NCBI RefSeq assembly: GCF_018336915.1
Contig: NZ_CP064923.1
Location: 406,544 to 430,543, forward strand
From: Acaryochloris marina S15
Lineage (GTDB): Bacteria; Cyanobacteriota; Cyanobacteriia; Thermosynechococcales; Thermosynechococcaceae
Length of the DNA stretch: 24,000 bases
Direction: 5' to 3'
Each line of letters begins with the position of its first letter. Position 1 is the first letter of the stretch. Below the pieces are notes generated by a model. That model did no database searches. It was given only the letters and a program-made list of their open reading frames with translations, and was not told where the DNA came from. This document shows, one piece after another, positions 1 to 8,432 of the stretch. The position numbers and the translations under genes were made by a program.

Positions 1-2
1 GA

Positions 3-263
3 ATATTTATTGGAGGAAGTGGAGGGCATCTTCAGGAGATCTTGAATTACTGCCAAACGAGACTTGACCCATCAGGTGTGATCGTTTTGAGTTTGGCGAC
101 CTTAGAAAATTTTTATACTGCTAGCAAGTGGTTTGATACGTCTCATTGGGTAGTAGAACATCTGCAAATTCAGCTATCACGTTCTGTCCCTATTGCATCA
201 ATGACTCGATTAACCCCATTAAACCCAGTCATGTTGATCAGAGCCAGCAGAAACCCTAACTAG
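3..263 (+). CDS. cobL: Precorrin-6Y C5,15-methyltransferase (decarboxylating), C-terminal end (CbiT-type domain). The 5' end lies outside the window.
   Basis: Frame 3 is open from the window edge: IFIGGSGGHLQEILNYCQTRLDPSGVIVLSLATLENF...LTPLNPVMLI. The FIGGSGG...L(x)PGG..V.....TLE pattern is typical of the CbiT/CobL C-terminus. The tracked ORF 42..263 is only the part after the first Met. Confidence 0.62.
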   Translation: MFIGGSGGHLQEILNYCQTRLDPSGVIVLSLATLENFYTASKWFDTSHWVVEHLQIQLSRSVPIASMTRLTPLNPVMLIRASRNPN

Positions 264-392
264 AGTTTAGATAGAGCTCCTGTTAAATAACGCATTTATG
301 AGCAATGCATGAGACTCTGAATTAATCTGCTGTTTATGCCAAATTTTAGGTAAAAGAGAACAGAAGCAAACCCTAAGACTTAGTAGCGGGCC

Positions 393-776
393 TTATATGT
401 CTTCATCTTCATCGACTTGAATAAGATGAATATGCTTATATCCCAACTTAATTGAAAACTCATCGCCTGGTTTTAATCCCATTGCTTGAGTATAGGTAGA
501 GCCAATTACAATTTGGCCATTCTTATGCACACTGACCCGATATGTCGGTTCCCGTCCCCGCCCATCTTTGGAGCCATCAGGATTGAGATCAATCCCTCTT
601 GCTTCAATAACGGCATTGAGAAATTCGCCGAGATTAACGCGGGTTTGCTTATTCTTTGTAATCGAATAATATCCGCATCGTTTAGCCTTTTCACGGCGAG
701 ACAAGTGCTGAAGTTCTTTAACTTTTTGCAAGAGTGCTTTGCCAGTCAAAGGCGTCGTTTCGGTATCGGTTGCCAT
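393..776 (-). CDS. Cyanobacterial AbrB-family transcriptional regulator (cyAbrB / CalA-CalB type)
   Basis: 127 aa. N-terminal region LTGKALLQKVKELQ...CGYYSITKNKQTRVNLGEFLNAVIEARGI. C-terminal SpoVT/AbrB swapped-hairpin-like region GQIVIGSTYTQAMGLKPGDEFSIKLGYKHIHL. The architecture, with the AbrB domain at the C-terminus, matches the cyAbrB clade. Confidence 0.8.
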   Translation of the reverse strand: MATDTETTPLTGKALLQKVKELQHLSRREKAKRCGYYSITKNKQTRVNLGEFLNAVIEARGIDLNPDGSKDGRGREPTYRVSVHKNGQIVIGSTYTQAMGLKPGDEFSIKLGYKHIHLIQVDEDEDI

Positions 777-1311
777 CTACAAAAATATCCTTGCAATCAA
801 CGTGTAGAGAAACAGAAGCGTTTCTGCTTGGGGGTAGATCTTTAAAGCTGGATGATAAATTCCAACAACTAGACCTTATTTAAACTATTGCAATTGTAGC
901 AAAAAGAAAACGAATTGCTTTCTAAATATTATTCTAACGGTTTCTTTTTAATTAGCAACTAATTTTTATCGATGAAAGATAGGTCGATGATATATCGTCT
1001 TCCATCTAGAGAGGAAAGATTTTGCTGCTCTTATTTAGCAAAAGGTTTTGCCAAACCTAATTTTTAGGTTAGAGAAAGTCGGTGTCTCTCTAAGACATAC
1101 TAAACTTCTTCGAACTTGTACAAAGGTAGAACAATAATATGGAGACTTCCATAGAGATTATTTACCTGTGATACATTGATCGTAATAATAATATGCCTGT
1201 AGGGATGTCCGTATACCTTTACTAAAGGCAATCTTTCTTTAGACTTTTCAAAAAACTCGACAAATATAACAGAAAAATTGATAATCACTCAAAGTTCTTA
1301 GGCATGAAATC

Positions 1312-2394
1312 ATGCAAGTTCTGTTCAAAATAATTCGTCAACAGCGACAAGGTGAAGTCAAAGTCCAGACCTATCAGTTAGACGTAGACCCGAGTACCAC
1401 CATTCTGGACTGTTTGAATTTGATTAAATGGCAGCAGGATGGGTCTCTTGCTTTTCGAAAAAACTGTCGAAATACCATTTGTGGTAGCTGCAGTATGCGG
1501 ATTAATCATCGAGCGGCATTGGCTTGTCAACAGAATGTGAAAGCAGAATTAGCCCATTCTCATTCAGTCGCAAGTGAACAGAACCCAGCGGACTCAGACC
1601 TTGAGAATTCAGATTCAATTCCTGTGATTGAAATTGCTCCCATGGAGAATATGCCAGTCATTAAAGACTTAGTCGTAGACATGGATCAGTTTTGGCAAAA
1701 TCTGGAACAGGTTGAACCTTATGTGAGTTCTGCGAGTCGACAAGTGCCGGAACGGGAGTTTCTCCAGTCTCCAGAAGATCGCAGCAAACTCGATCAAATG
1801 GGTAATTGCATTTTATGTGGGGCCTGTTATTCCGACTGTAATGCGCTCCCAGCTAATGCTTCTTTTGTGGGTCCCCATGCTTTGGCGAAAGCCCATCGAT
1901 TGTTAGCTGATACTCGTGATCAAGCGACGGAGCAGCGCCTGGAACAATATAATCAGGATATCCAAGGGGTCTGGGGCTGTACCCGTTGTTTCAATTGCAA
2001 TACGGTTTGCCCTATGGGAGTTGCCCCCCTTGATCAGATTAGTAAAATCAAATCTCAGGTGCTGGCTAACCCGACGCTTCCTGATAGTCGTCCCCTTCGC
2101 CATCGGCGTGTCTTAGTGGATTTAGTCCAAGAAGGGGGCTGGATCGATGAGCGGAAATTTGGGCTAAAAGTGGTGGGCAATAACTTTAAGGATCTTCCAG
2201 GTCTTTTCAGCCTTGTACCTTTAGCTGGACAGATGCTCCGGCGTCAAAAACTGCCGATTAAGTTTGATGCTTCAACTGGGACGGCTGAAGTGAGAGGGCT
2301 GATTGATGCGGTTAAGAAGCGGCAATCTAAGGTAGCTCAGTCTCAGAATGATTCAGCCGATCACAATGAGTCGGAACAGAAGTTTGGAAAATAA
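1312..2394 (+). CDS. sdhB: Succinate dehydrogenase/fumarate reductase iron-sulfur subunit with an internal acidic insertion and a long C-terminal extension
   Basis: 2Fe-2S ligands CRNTICGSC...C. Cluster motifs CILCGACYSDC and CTRCFNCNTVCP. About 125 further residues without cysteines follow the last cluster motif. Confidence 0.85.
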   Translation: MQVLFKIIRQQRQGEVKVQTYQLDVDPSTTILDCLNLIKWQQDGSLAFRKNCRNTICGSCSMRINHRAALACQQNVKAELAHSHSVASEQNPADSDLENSDSIPVIEIAPMENMPVIKDLVVDMDQFWQNLEQVEPYVSSASRQVPEREFLQSPEDRSKLDQMGNCILCGACYSDCNALPANASFVGPHALAKAHRLLADTRDQATEQRLEQYNQDIQGVWGCTRCFNCNTVCPMGVAPLDQISKIKSQVLANPTLPDSRPLRHRRVLVDLVQEGGWIDERKFGLKVVGNNFKDLPGLFSLVPLAGQMLRRQKLPIKFDASTGTAEVRGLIDAVKKRQSKVAQSQNDSADHNESEQKFGK

Positions 2395-2471
2395 AGCAGA
2401 TTGCCAAGGTATCCGCGGTGCGATCGCAAGAAAATTCCGTTAAGATCCTGAAGTCCTTTTCTGCTTTGTTT

Positions 2472-2666
2472 ATGAGTTCTTCAAACGTCCCGGAGCCGGA
2501 TCAAGCCCCCTCAACAGAGCTAGAGACCGCCCCTGAACCTGGGTTTGGGTGGACAGGTTATGCAGAGCGAATTAATGGCCGCTTTGCCATGGTGGGGTTT
2601 ATGGCTCTACTTTTACTAGAACTAATTACCCGCCAAGACTTCTTTACTTGGGTGGGATTGCGCTAA
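2472..2666 (+). CDS. hli: High-light-inducible protein (HLIP/Scp, single-helix CAB family)
   Basis: FGWTGYAERINGRFAMVGFMALLLLELIT is the conserved ExxNGRxAMxGF chlorophyll-binding helix. I start at the ATG at 2472 (MSSSNVPEP...). The tracked ORF begins 54 nt earlier at a non-ATG codon. Confidence 0.8.
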   Translation: MSSSNVPEPDQAPSTELETAPEPGFGWTGYAERINGRFAMVGFMALLLLELITRQDFFTWVGLR

Positions 2667-2667
2667 T

Positions 2668-2695
2668 CAAAAGAGGCGCTTTAAGGCGCCTCTTT
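2668..2695. terminator. Bidirectional intrinsic terminator between the convergent genes hli and sodB
   Basis: Perfect 11-bp inverted repeat AAAAGAGGCGC / GCGCCTCTTTT (2668-2678 and 2685-2695) with a 6-nt loop. The core is GC-rich and an A/T run flanks it on both strands, so either strand gives a stem followed by U4. Confidence 0.7.
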
Positions 2696-2730
2696 TAACT
2701 CTAGATCAGGTAGCCTACCGAGTTATTCGA

Positions 2731-3330
2731 TTAGGCTGCAGCAAAATTCTGGGCGGCAAAGTCCCAGTTGACCAAGCTAGATAGAAAGGTATCAATATAG
2801 CCAGGACGGCTGTTTTGGAAATCTAGATAATAGGCATGTTCCCAAACATCCATGGTGAGCAAAGGGGTTTGCCCATGGACCAAAGGATTCTCAGCATTGG
2901 GGGTTTTGGTGATTTTCAGCTTGCCATTTTCTAGGACGAGCCAAGCCCAACCGCTGCCAAACTGAGTTCCACCAGCTTCCTTAAAAGCAGCCTTAAAGTT
3001 ATCGTAGTTGCCAAAATCGGTATTAATTTGGGCCGCTAATGCGCCACCGGGCAAACCACCGCCGCCGGGCTTCATAGAGTTCCAATAAAAGCTGTGATTC
3101 CAAGCTTGGGCCGCATTATTAAAAAGGCCAGCTTTGGCAGAATCCTTGTAGGCAGACTGGATGACTTCCTCAATGGACATATTATCCATCGGAGTATCCT
3201 TGGTCATGCCATTACACTTGGTCACATAAGCTGCATGGTGTTTGTCATGGTGAAATTCTAGGGTTCGGGCAGAAATATGGGGTTCTAAAGCGCTGTAATC
3301 GTAGGGCAGGTCAGGTAGTTGGTAAACCAT
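2731..3330 (-). CDS. sodB: Iron superoxide dismutase
   Basis: YQLPDLPYDYSALEPHISARTLEFHHDKHHAAYV...DVWEHAYYLDFQNSRPGYI, a full-length Fe/Mn-SOD with Fe-type features. I prefer the second ATG (3330, MVYQLPDLPY) because the GAGAGG Shine-Dalgarno-like sequence lies 9 nt upstream of it and abuts the first ATG (3339). Confidence 0.93.
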   Translation of the reverse strand: MVYQLPDLPYDYSALEPHISARTLEFHHDKHHAAYVTKCNGMTKDTPMDNMSIEEVIQSAYKDSAKAGLFNNAAQAWNHSFYWNSMKPGGGGLPGGALAAQINTDFGNYDNFKAAFKEAGGTQFGSGWAWLVLENGKLKITKTPNAENPLVHGQTPLLTMDVWEHAYYLDFQNSRPGYIDTFLSSLVNWDFAAQNFAAA

Positions 3331-3622
3331 GCAGTTCATCCTCTCTTGAAAATATGTTCAGTGGGCCTTTTCATGACCATGGCGATCATGAAACGACCCT
3401 AATGCGGTTTGGCTATACGGTTGTAACAGCTGTATAGCCTGTGTTCTCTCAAAGATCGCCAAATTATCCTATCACTCATCCCCAGTCTTCTCGGTCTATC
3501 TTGAGGTGGAGATAGGAGGTGTGGTCGTATCGCAGCTAGAAAATGTTTACTGGTTACGGATGCTTGATCTAACCATAGGTCTTAACTCAAGCGTGTTTCA
3601 ATGTCTGAAATGTCCTGAGATG

Positions 3623-4702
3623 CTAAGCCACTTTCTTGAACGAGGTGTTCTTATTGCCCCAGAGGAAAGGTTGCTGGCGGACTTGGTCAATGAGTCGGCG
3701 GATGGTGAAGTTACTCAAGACCGTGAAGGGACCCACCATGATTAAAGACTTGACCTCAGCTCTGGAAATTTTGATATTCCCACCTGATTTGAGCATTGCG
3801 GTTGACCCGGTGATATCCCGCAGGGTTGCATAGGCAAACACCAGGGGCAAGATGCAGAATAGTCGAATAGGGATGGCAGACCGGGGGATCTCCATCAAAT
3901 ATTGGGCTGCTTTATCCAAATCGGACCAAGCCAGTTCTACCAAAGATTTGATGGCTGCATGATTTTGGGTCAGAAACTCAGGATCCAATAGTTTTGCATG
4001 ACTGCTGCCATGGGCCTCTAAAGCATCTTGGGGGACATAGATGGAATTTTCATGTTCGGCATCCCAAGCAATATCCTTGAGAATATTGACGGTTTGTAGC
4101 CCTTCACCAAAGGCTGCACAGGTCTGCCGCAGGGTATGGTAAGTGGCAAAATCGACGCTGGGAGAATGCTCAAACCATAAATCTGTGAGCAGATAGCCGA
4201 CGGTACCCGCGACGTAGTAGCAATATTCTTGATATTCTTCCAGGGTCTTAATCCGGATGCCTTGGGCATGCAGTTTGACGAACTTTTGCATCCCCTGCAC
4301 CATTTCTGTAATCCAATGTTGTAGGGTCTGTTGTGATTTGGCGGGTAAGCTGCGAAACAGTGCAAAAACAAGGTGGGTATTTTCGACGAGATGTAGATGG
4401 GCCGCTTCCCCTTCGAGGGTTCCGACCGCTTGGGGAAAAACATCTGCCCGGGCTGGATCATCGAAGCAGACTAAAAATTTGTCCAAGAGTCTGATTTTGG
4501 ATTCTATGGTGGCGATGGGATCATCTTCGATGGTGTCAGCAATTCTAGCCAGTAGGTAGCCACAGAGGACGGCACGTCCTAAGTTGCCGGGTAAAAACCG
4601 AATACTTAAGGCAAAGGTGCGAGAGACTTGTGGCAAGATCTCTTGGCAAAAGCGTTCAACTTGCCGATGATCGGTGGGAGACTCCAGGGCCATTTGTACC
4701 AT
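3623..4702 (-). CDS. sqs: Squalene synthase (farnesyl-diphosphate farnesyltransferase; squalene/phytoene synthase family)
   Basis: 359 aa. SRTFALSIRFLP...LARIADTIEDD (DTxED-type first Asp-rich motif)...YCYYVAGTVG...LQTVNILKDIAWD. The length and the DTIED motif fit Sqs better than CrtB. Confidence 0.72.
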   Translation of the reverse strand: MVQMALESPTDHRQVERFCQEILPQVSRTFALSIRFLPGNLGRAVLCGYLLARIADTIEDDPIATIESKIRLLDKFLVCFDDPARADVFPQAVGTLEGEAAHLHLVENTHLVFALFRSLPAKSQQTLQHWITEMVQGMQKFVKLHAQGIRIKTLEEYQEYCYYVAGTVGYLLTDLWFEHSPSVDFATYHTLRQTCAAFGEGLQTVNILKDIAWDAEHENSIYVPQDALEAHGSSHAKLLDPEFLTQNHAAIKSLVELAWSDLDKAAQYLMEIPRSAIPIRLFCILPLVFAYATLRDITGSTAMLKSGGNIKISRAEVKSLIMVGPFTVLSNFTIRRLIDQVRQQPFLWGNKNTSFKKVA

Positions 4703-4948
4703 AATCGTTCACTCCTGCTTTAAACCAAAACTCAAAATGCAAATCACACCACGGCCACAGAGGTCTTTAGGGACAGAACCACTCATCGCCTAATGAGTAT
4801 GTATACCTGTCTCCGAGTGAACATAGCATACGGACCTCTCAAATTACAGAAGTAGTGTGAGAGTTTTATATCTGTCCTTTTAATTGTGAACGGCTGAAAG
4901 CATGGCCTGTTCAGGCTTTTTTTATTCCATCGCTGGAGACTAATTCTC

Positions 4949-5641
4949 ATGCCATCTCAGATTGATCTTGTGTTTGTGCCCCAAGGAGCAGAGTATCGGT
5001 CGGTCTGTAAGGGGTTAAAAGCTGCAGGGGTTAACTCTACAGCTGTTGTGCCCATTCCCGTGGGTCCCCAGGGGGTAACCCAGTTTCTCCAGCAATGGCT
5101 CCAGAAGTCTCTTGGGACGACCTCTCCTAATGCTCTCTTAATGGGCTTAGGCGGAAGTTTGACCCATCAGCTTTCAGTGGGTGATGTGACTACCTGCCAG
5201 ACTTGTATTGACGGTACCCAGGCGACGGACGTTCCAATGACTTGTGATCCACAGATTTTCCTGAGTCTATCCCAACGGTTCTCGGGGACCGTGATACCGG
5301 TCACGGGAGTGAGTTGCGATCGCATCATTAATACCACCGCCGAAAAACGACAGCTAGCCCAGACTCATCAAGCGGATGTCGTGGATATGGAAGGGTTTGC
5401 GCTGTTGTCGGGTTTAAAGTCTACGCAGATTTCTCTGGGCATTGTGCGGGTGATCAGCGATGATATCCACCATGATTTACCGGATTTGAATGGAGCGATT
5501 AGCCCGGAGGGGCACCTGCAAACGTTTCCCTTAGCGATGGGAATGCTGCGCCAGCCCTTGCCCGCCCTGCGTCTGATTCGAGGATCTCTCAAAGGGCTTA
5601 AACAATTGGAGAAAGTCACAACTGAGATCTTTAAGCCCTGA
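4949..5641 (+). CDS. Nucleoside phosphorylase/nucleosidase (PNP_UDP_1) family protein, possibly a hopanoid-associated HpnG-like enzyme
   Basis: 230 aa. GLGGSL...ADVVDMEGFALL...VRVISDD resembles the MTA/SAH-nucleosidase fold signature (DMEG). It is divergent from sqs. The HpnG assignment is inferred from context only. Confidence 0.5.
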   Translation: MPSQIDLVFVPQGAEYRSVCKGLKAAGVNSTAVVPIPVGPQGVTQFLQQWLQKSLGTTSPNALLMGLGGSLTHQLSVGDVTTCQTCIDGTQATDVPMTCDPQIFLSLSQRFSGTVIPVTGVSCDRIINTTAEKRQLAQTHQADVVDMEGFALLSGLKSTQISLGIVRVISDDIHHDLPDLNGAISPEGHLQTFPLAMGMLRQPLPALRLIRGSLKGLKQLEKVTTEIFKP

Positions 5642-5656
5642 ATGCTGGATTGAGGC

Positions 5657-6619
5657 TTAGAGAGCAGCCAGCACCGGATCGTGGATGCTGCCATTGCTGA
5701 CGACGACCCCTTGGTTATTCACCAGTTTTGCCCCTAAGGAGAAATCGAGGGACTTACCGGCGATATCCGTCACTCGACCGCCTGCTTCTTCCACTAAAAT
5801 TACCCCTGCGGCGTGATCCCAGATTTTCTCGCGATAGTCAGGAGTTTTCGGAGAAGGCAGTCGCAAATAGAGGGCTGCTTCCCCAGCGGCAACCGCCATA
5901 TATTTGGCTTGGCTATCCATGCGTAAGGAGTCTTGGGTGATACCTGCAGCTTTAGCAACGGCGGCTTGGCGAGACTGATCGCCATGACCGGATTCCACGC
6001 TTTCCACAAAGCGGAGATTGTCAGATTGCTCCGCAGAGACCACTTGGATCGATTGAGGGGTGCCACCTGCTAAAGGAGATAGGGTTGCACCTGCTCCGCG
6101 CACGGCAACGCCCATTAATCCGGTTTGCCCCTCTGTAAAAGAGAGGGCCGGACAGCCCAAAACGCCCACTTTAATTTCGCCATCTTCGATTAAGGCTAAT
6201 GCGATCGCATATTGGTCTCCCCGCAAAAAACCTTTGGTGCCGTCAATGGGGTCCAAGGTCCAGTAACGCGAGGCGACTTGACCATTGCCATGGTCAATCC
6301 AGTCTGTCACTTGTTCGGCAGTGGCATCGGGGACAATGGCCTGAACATATTGGGTGACCTGGGCCAAGCGCTCGGCCATCTCAGGGGTCCGCAATTCTGC
6401 AGCATCCTCTTCACCCACCACGGCATCTTGGGGGAAGGCAGTGGAGAGGGCCCGACAAATGAGCGCTTGAGCGCCAAAGTCAGCCACGGTTACCGGGCTT
6501 TTATCTTTCTTCTCAATGGCTTCTGGGACAATTTCGCGCCGAACTTGTTCGCAAAGTTGGGCTGCCGCTTGTACAGCTTGGATAGCGATTTGTTTCTCAG
6601 ATTCGTAGGGCATAATCAC
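5657..6619 (-). CDS. 3'(2'),5'-bisphosphate nucleotidase, HAL2/SAL1-type (inositol monophosphatase superfamily)
   Basis: VVGEEDA metal site, WTLDPIDGTKGFLRGDQYAIALALIEDGEIKVGVLGCP, WDHAAG. The long GDQYA...GVLGCP block is the HAL2/SAL1 signature rather than the CysQ signature. Confidence 0.75.
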   Translation of the reverse strand: MIMPYESEKQIAIQAVQAAAQLCEQVRREIVPEAIEKKDKSPVTVADFGAQALICRALSTAFPQDAVVGEEDAAELRTPEMAERLAQVTQYVQAIVPDATAEQVTDWIDHGNGQVASRYWTLDPIDGTKGFLRGDQYAIALALIEDGEIKVGVLGCPALSFTEGQTGLMGVAVRGAGATLSPLAGGTPQSIQVVSAEQSDNLRFVESVESGHGDQSRQAAVAKAAGITQDSLRMDSQAKYMAVAAGEAALYLRLPSPKTPDYREKIWDHAAGVILVEEAGGRVTDIAGKSLDFSLGAKLVNNQGVVVSNGSIHDPVLAAL

Positions 6620-6672
6620 GTAGCGTCAACAGGGCAATGTCTACCATAGCTGATTCGAAAGGGTGAAACCAG

Positions 6673-6987
6673 TCAATCTGAAGACAGAGGTTCGGCCCAG
6701 GTGGAGACGCTTTTCAATAAGGGGGGAATGTCGTAAAAGTCCGGTGGAAACTCTAATTGGGTTTCTCGCAATCCGAGATAGCCAGATTCTTGAAACGCTA
6801 ATAAGACCCGCTGCAGGGCTAGCCAGACTTCTGCTTCATATTCCCAATCTCCATGCCGAGGGGCATAGCCGGCAATTGCTCGCATCGCCCAAAAATAGCT
6901 GTTGCGAACTACGGACCCACCTTTCTTAAACTTGGGTAGGTCCTCGTTGTGGAGGATGATCAGATCTTGGTCGAGCCGTGCTCGCAT
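6673..6987 (-). CDS. Conserved hypothetical protein downstream of chlM
   Basis: ORF 6673..7023. I start at the internal ATG (MRARLDQDL..., 6987) so that it does not overlap the chlM stop (6998). The 10-nt gap suggests co-transcription. I recognise no domain. Confidence 0.45.
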   Translation of the reverse strand: MRARLDQDLIILHNEDLPKFKKGGSVVRNSYFWAMRAIAGYAPRHGDWEYEAEVWLALQRVLLAFQESGYLGLRETQLEFPPDFYDIPPLLKSVSTWAEPLSSD

Positions 6988-6997
6988 GTTGAATCTG

Positions 6998-7690
6998 CTA
7001 TGCTTCTGGGCGCTTGGCTTCAATCAGGCGGGAGAAATAAAAGCTGGTTTTAGTCATAGCTTTGCGCTCGATGGTCCACCCTTGGGATCGCAAAATGTCG
7101 CAAATATCAAAATCTCGGTGTAGATAAGCCCGAGTGGTTTTGCTCGGACCTGGGAAGAAGCTGCCAATTTTCTTTAGCAACATATACCCAATGGTCCAGG
7201 GGGCAAAGCTCAGGATGAGCCGAGAGTTGGCTAAGGATGCTAAATGATTGATCATTTCCGGTACTTTTTGGTCGGGATAGTGAATCAATACATCGAGACA
7301 AATAACCGTGTCATAACTACCAGATAAGGTCTCTAAATCCTGAACGCTGAAGTTGGGGTTTTGATCTTGGCCTAATGTTTGTTGTGCTCTGGTCTGGGCC
7401 TCTTCCACCATTTTTTTTGAAATATCGCTAGCTGAGACCTGAATACCCTTCTCTGCGAGGGGAATGCTCAAGCTCCCCACGCCACAGCCCGCATCGCAAA
7501 AAGATTGTCCTGATAAATCTCCATCGGCCTTTAGCCAGGAGAGAACCGTATCGACGGTTTGTTGATGACCGACGCGAATGTCTTTTTGGACTTTATTCAC
7601 ATCACCGTCGCCATAAATCCGCCGCCAACGGTCGAAACCAACGGTATTGAAATAATCTTGGACAACGGCTTTATCGTTGGTGGTAGGCAT
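6998..7690 (-). CDS. chlM: Magnesium-protoporphyrin IX O-methyltransferase
   Basis: VQDYFNTVGFDRWRRIYG...VNKVQKDIRVGHQQTVDTVLSWL...CDAGCGVGSLSIPLAEKG (SAM-binding motif)...VICLDVLIHYP. Full-length ChlM pattern. Confidence 0.9.
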   Translation of the reverse strand: MPTTNDKAVVQDYFNTVGFDRWRRIYGDGDVNKVQKDIRVGHQQTVDTVLSWLKADGDLSGQSFCDAGCGVGSLSIPLAEKGIQVSASDISKKMVEEAQTRAQQTLGQDQNPNFSVQDLETLSGSYDTVICLDVLIHYPDQKVPEMINHLASLANSRLILSFAPWTIGYMLLKKIGSFFPGPSKTTRAYLHRDFDICDILRSQGWTIERKAMTKTSFYFSRLIEAKRPEA

Positions 7691-7922
7691 GGGTATATTA
7701 CTGACACAGGTCTCAATCCTCTATGGTTGCAGAAAATTGGACAATCAGGGATTTTTTGCACCACCCAATCTTTAGCCATCCTTAAAAGCAAAGGAGCATG
7801 CGCCTTTCTCTTTGGGGAGGATTAAGACAGACGTTTTAGGATGATTCGCGAGTTGTCACCTCGGTCAGTAGAGTTTGGGGTACGACACCGTGGATATTAG
7901 AGTAGGCTCCTAACCCAGGTGT

Positions 7923-8297
7923 TTAGCGCCTTGTTTTATATCTTTTGTTATAGAGTCGACAGACTAATGGATGTGGATCATCATCGGTAAATGGAATGGC
8001 CGTACCATCGGCTGTGATGCGAATGCGATCGCGACAGTCATAGGTCTCTCGAGGTTGTCTGGCTCCATCAATGGTGACGATGGCCCGATATTCCCAATAA
8101 TTTTTGGCGGTGCGGTTCAAGGACGCTTCACAAATGCGGCGACCTTTAATATTCCGACAGATCGCTGCATGGGCAGGAGCCGGTAGACTAAACAGCACCA
8201 TCCCTCCCACTAAGACAAAGAGTAAGCTCTTGCGAAGCAGCGCCTTCAACGGTAGGGCTGGCAGGGGTATCTGTGGCAACGAGAATTGTGAGGTCAT
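7923..8297 (-). CDS. Small secreted protein with four cysteines, hypothetical
   Basis: Starts at MTSQFSLPQ... A hydrophobic core LLFVLVGGMVLFSLPAPAHA|A gives an AxA signal peptidase site. The mature part has 4 Cys (C-x8-C...C...C). No recognisable domain. Confidence 0.45.
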   Translation of the reverse strand: MTSQFSLPQIPLPALPLKALLRKSLLFVLVGGMVLFSLPAPAHAAICRNIKGRRICEASLNRTAKNYWEYRAIVTIDGARQPRETYDCRDRIRITADGTAIPFTDDDPHPLVCRLYNKRYKTRR

Positions 8298-8432
8298 CAG
8301 CAAAAACTCAACAGAAGTATTGATGTATATCTTGACTTGTATCACAGTCCATACCCAGATTGGCTTAACCTAAACCTACGCTCAATATTTTTCAACGATT
8401 GACGGTCAATTTTTGATTACGGCATCGGTCTT

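Noticed and set aside
486-845. 119-aa plus-strand ORF, and the 62-aa minus-strand ORF 506..694, overlapping the cyAbrB gene
   Set aside because: These are shadow ORFs of a gene with a clear family signature. They have no motifs of their own.
1100-1288. 62-aa minus-strand ORF in the cyAbrB/sdhB intergenic region
   Set aside because: It lies in very AT-rich promoter DNA. The product is an Ile/Phe/Asn/Lys-rich low-complexity sequence typical of random ORFs in AT-rich sequence, and it has no RBS.
3506-3745. 79-aa plus-strand ORF downstream of sqs and overlapping its 3' end
   Set aside because: It overlaps the sqs stop region antisense and has no recognisable motif. It is probably spurious.
4018-4559. 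Alternative-frame and antisense ORFs inside sqs (4018..4461 minus, 4257..4559 plus)
   Set aside because: They are overlapping-frame or antisense ORFs inside a well-supported CDS, with Cys/Arg/Ser/Pro-rich composition typical of off-frame translation.
4904-4923. Terminator-like GCCT-GTTC-AGGC followed by T7, 25 nt upstream of the phosphorylase-family gene
   Set aside because: The stem is only 4-5 bp and no upstream plus-strand gene exists for it to terminate. It could mark a short ncRNA or an attenuator, but the evidence is too weak to call.
5368-6649. Several antisense or off-frame ORFs (5368..5694 minus, 5728..5940 plus, 5800..6066 minus, 6060..6266 plus, 6212..6649 plus) across the phosphorylase and nucleotidase genes
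   Set aside because: They are shadow ORFs in GC-richer coding DNA. None has motifs, and all overlap strongly supported genes.
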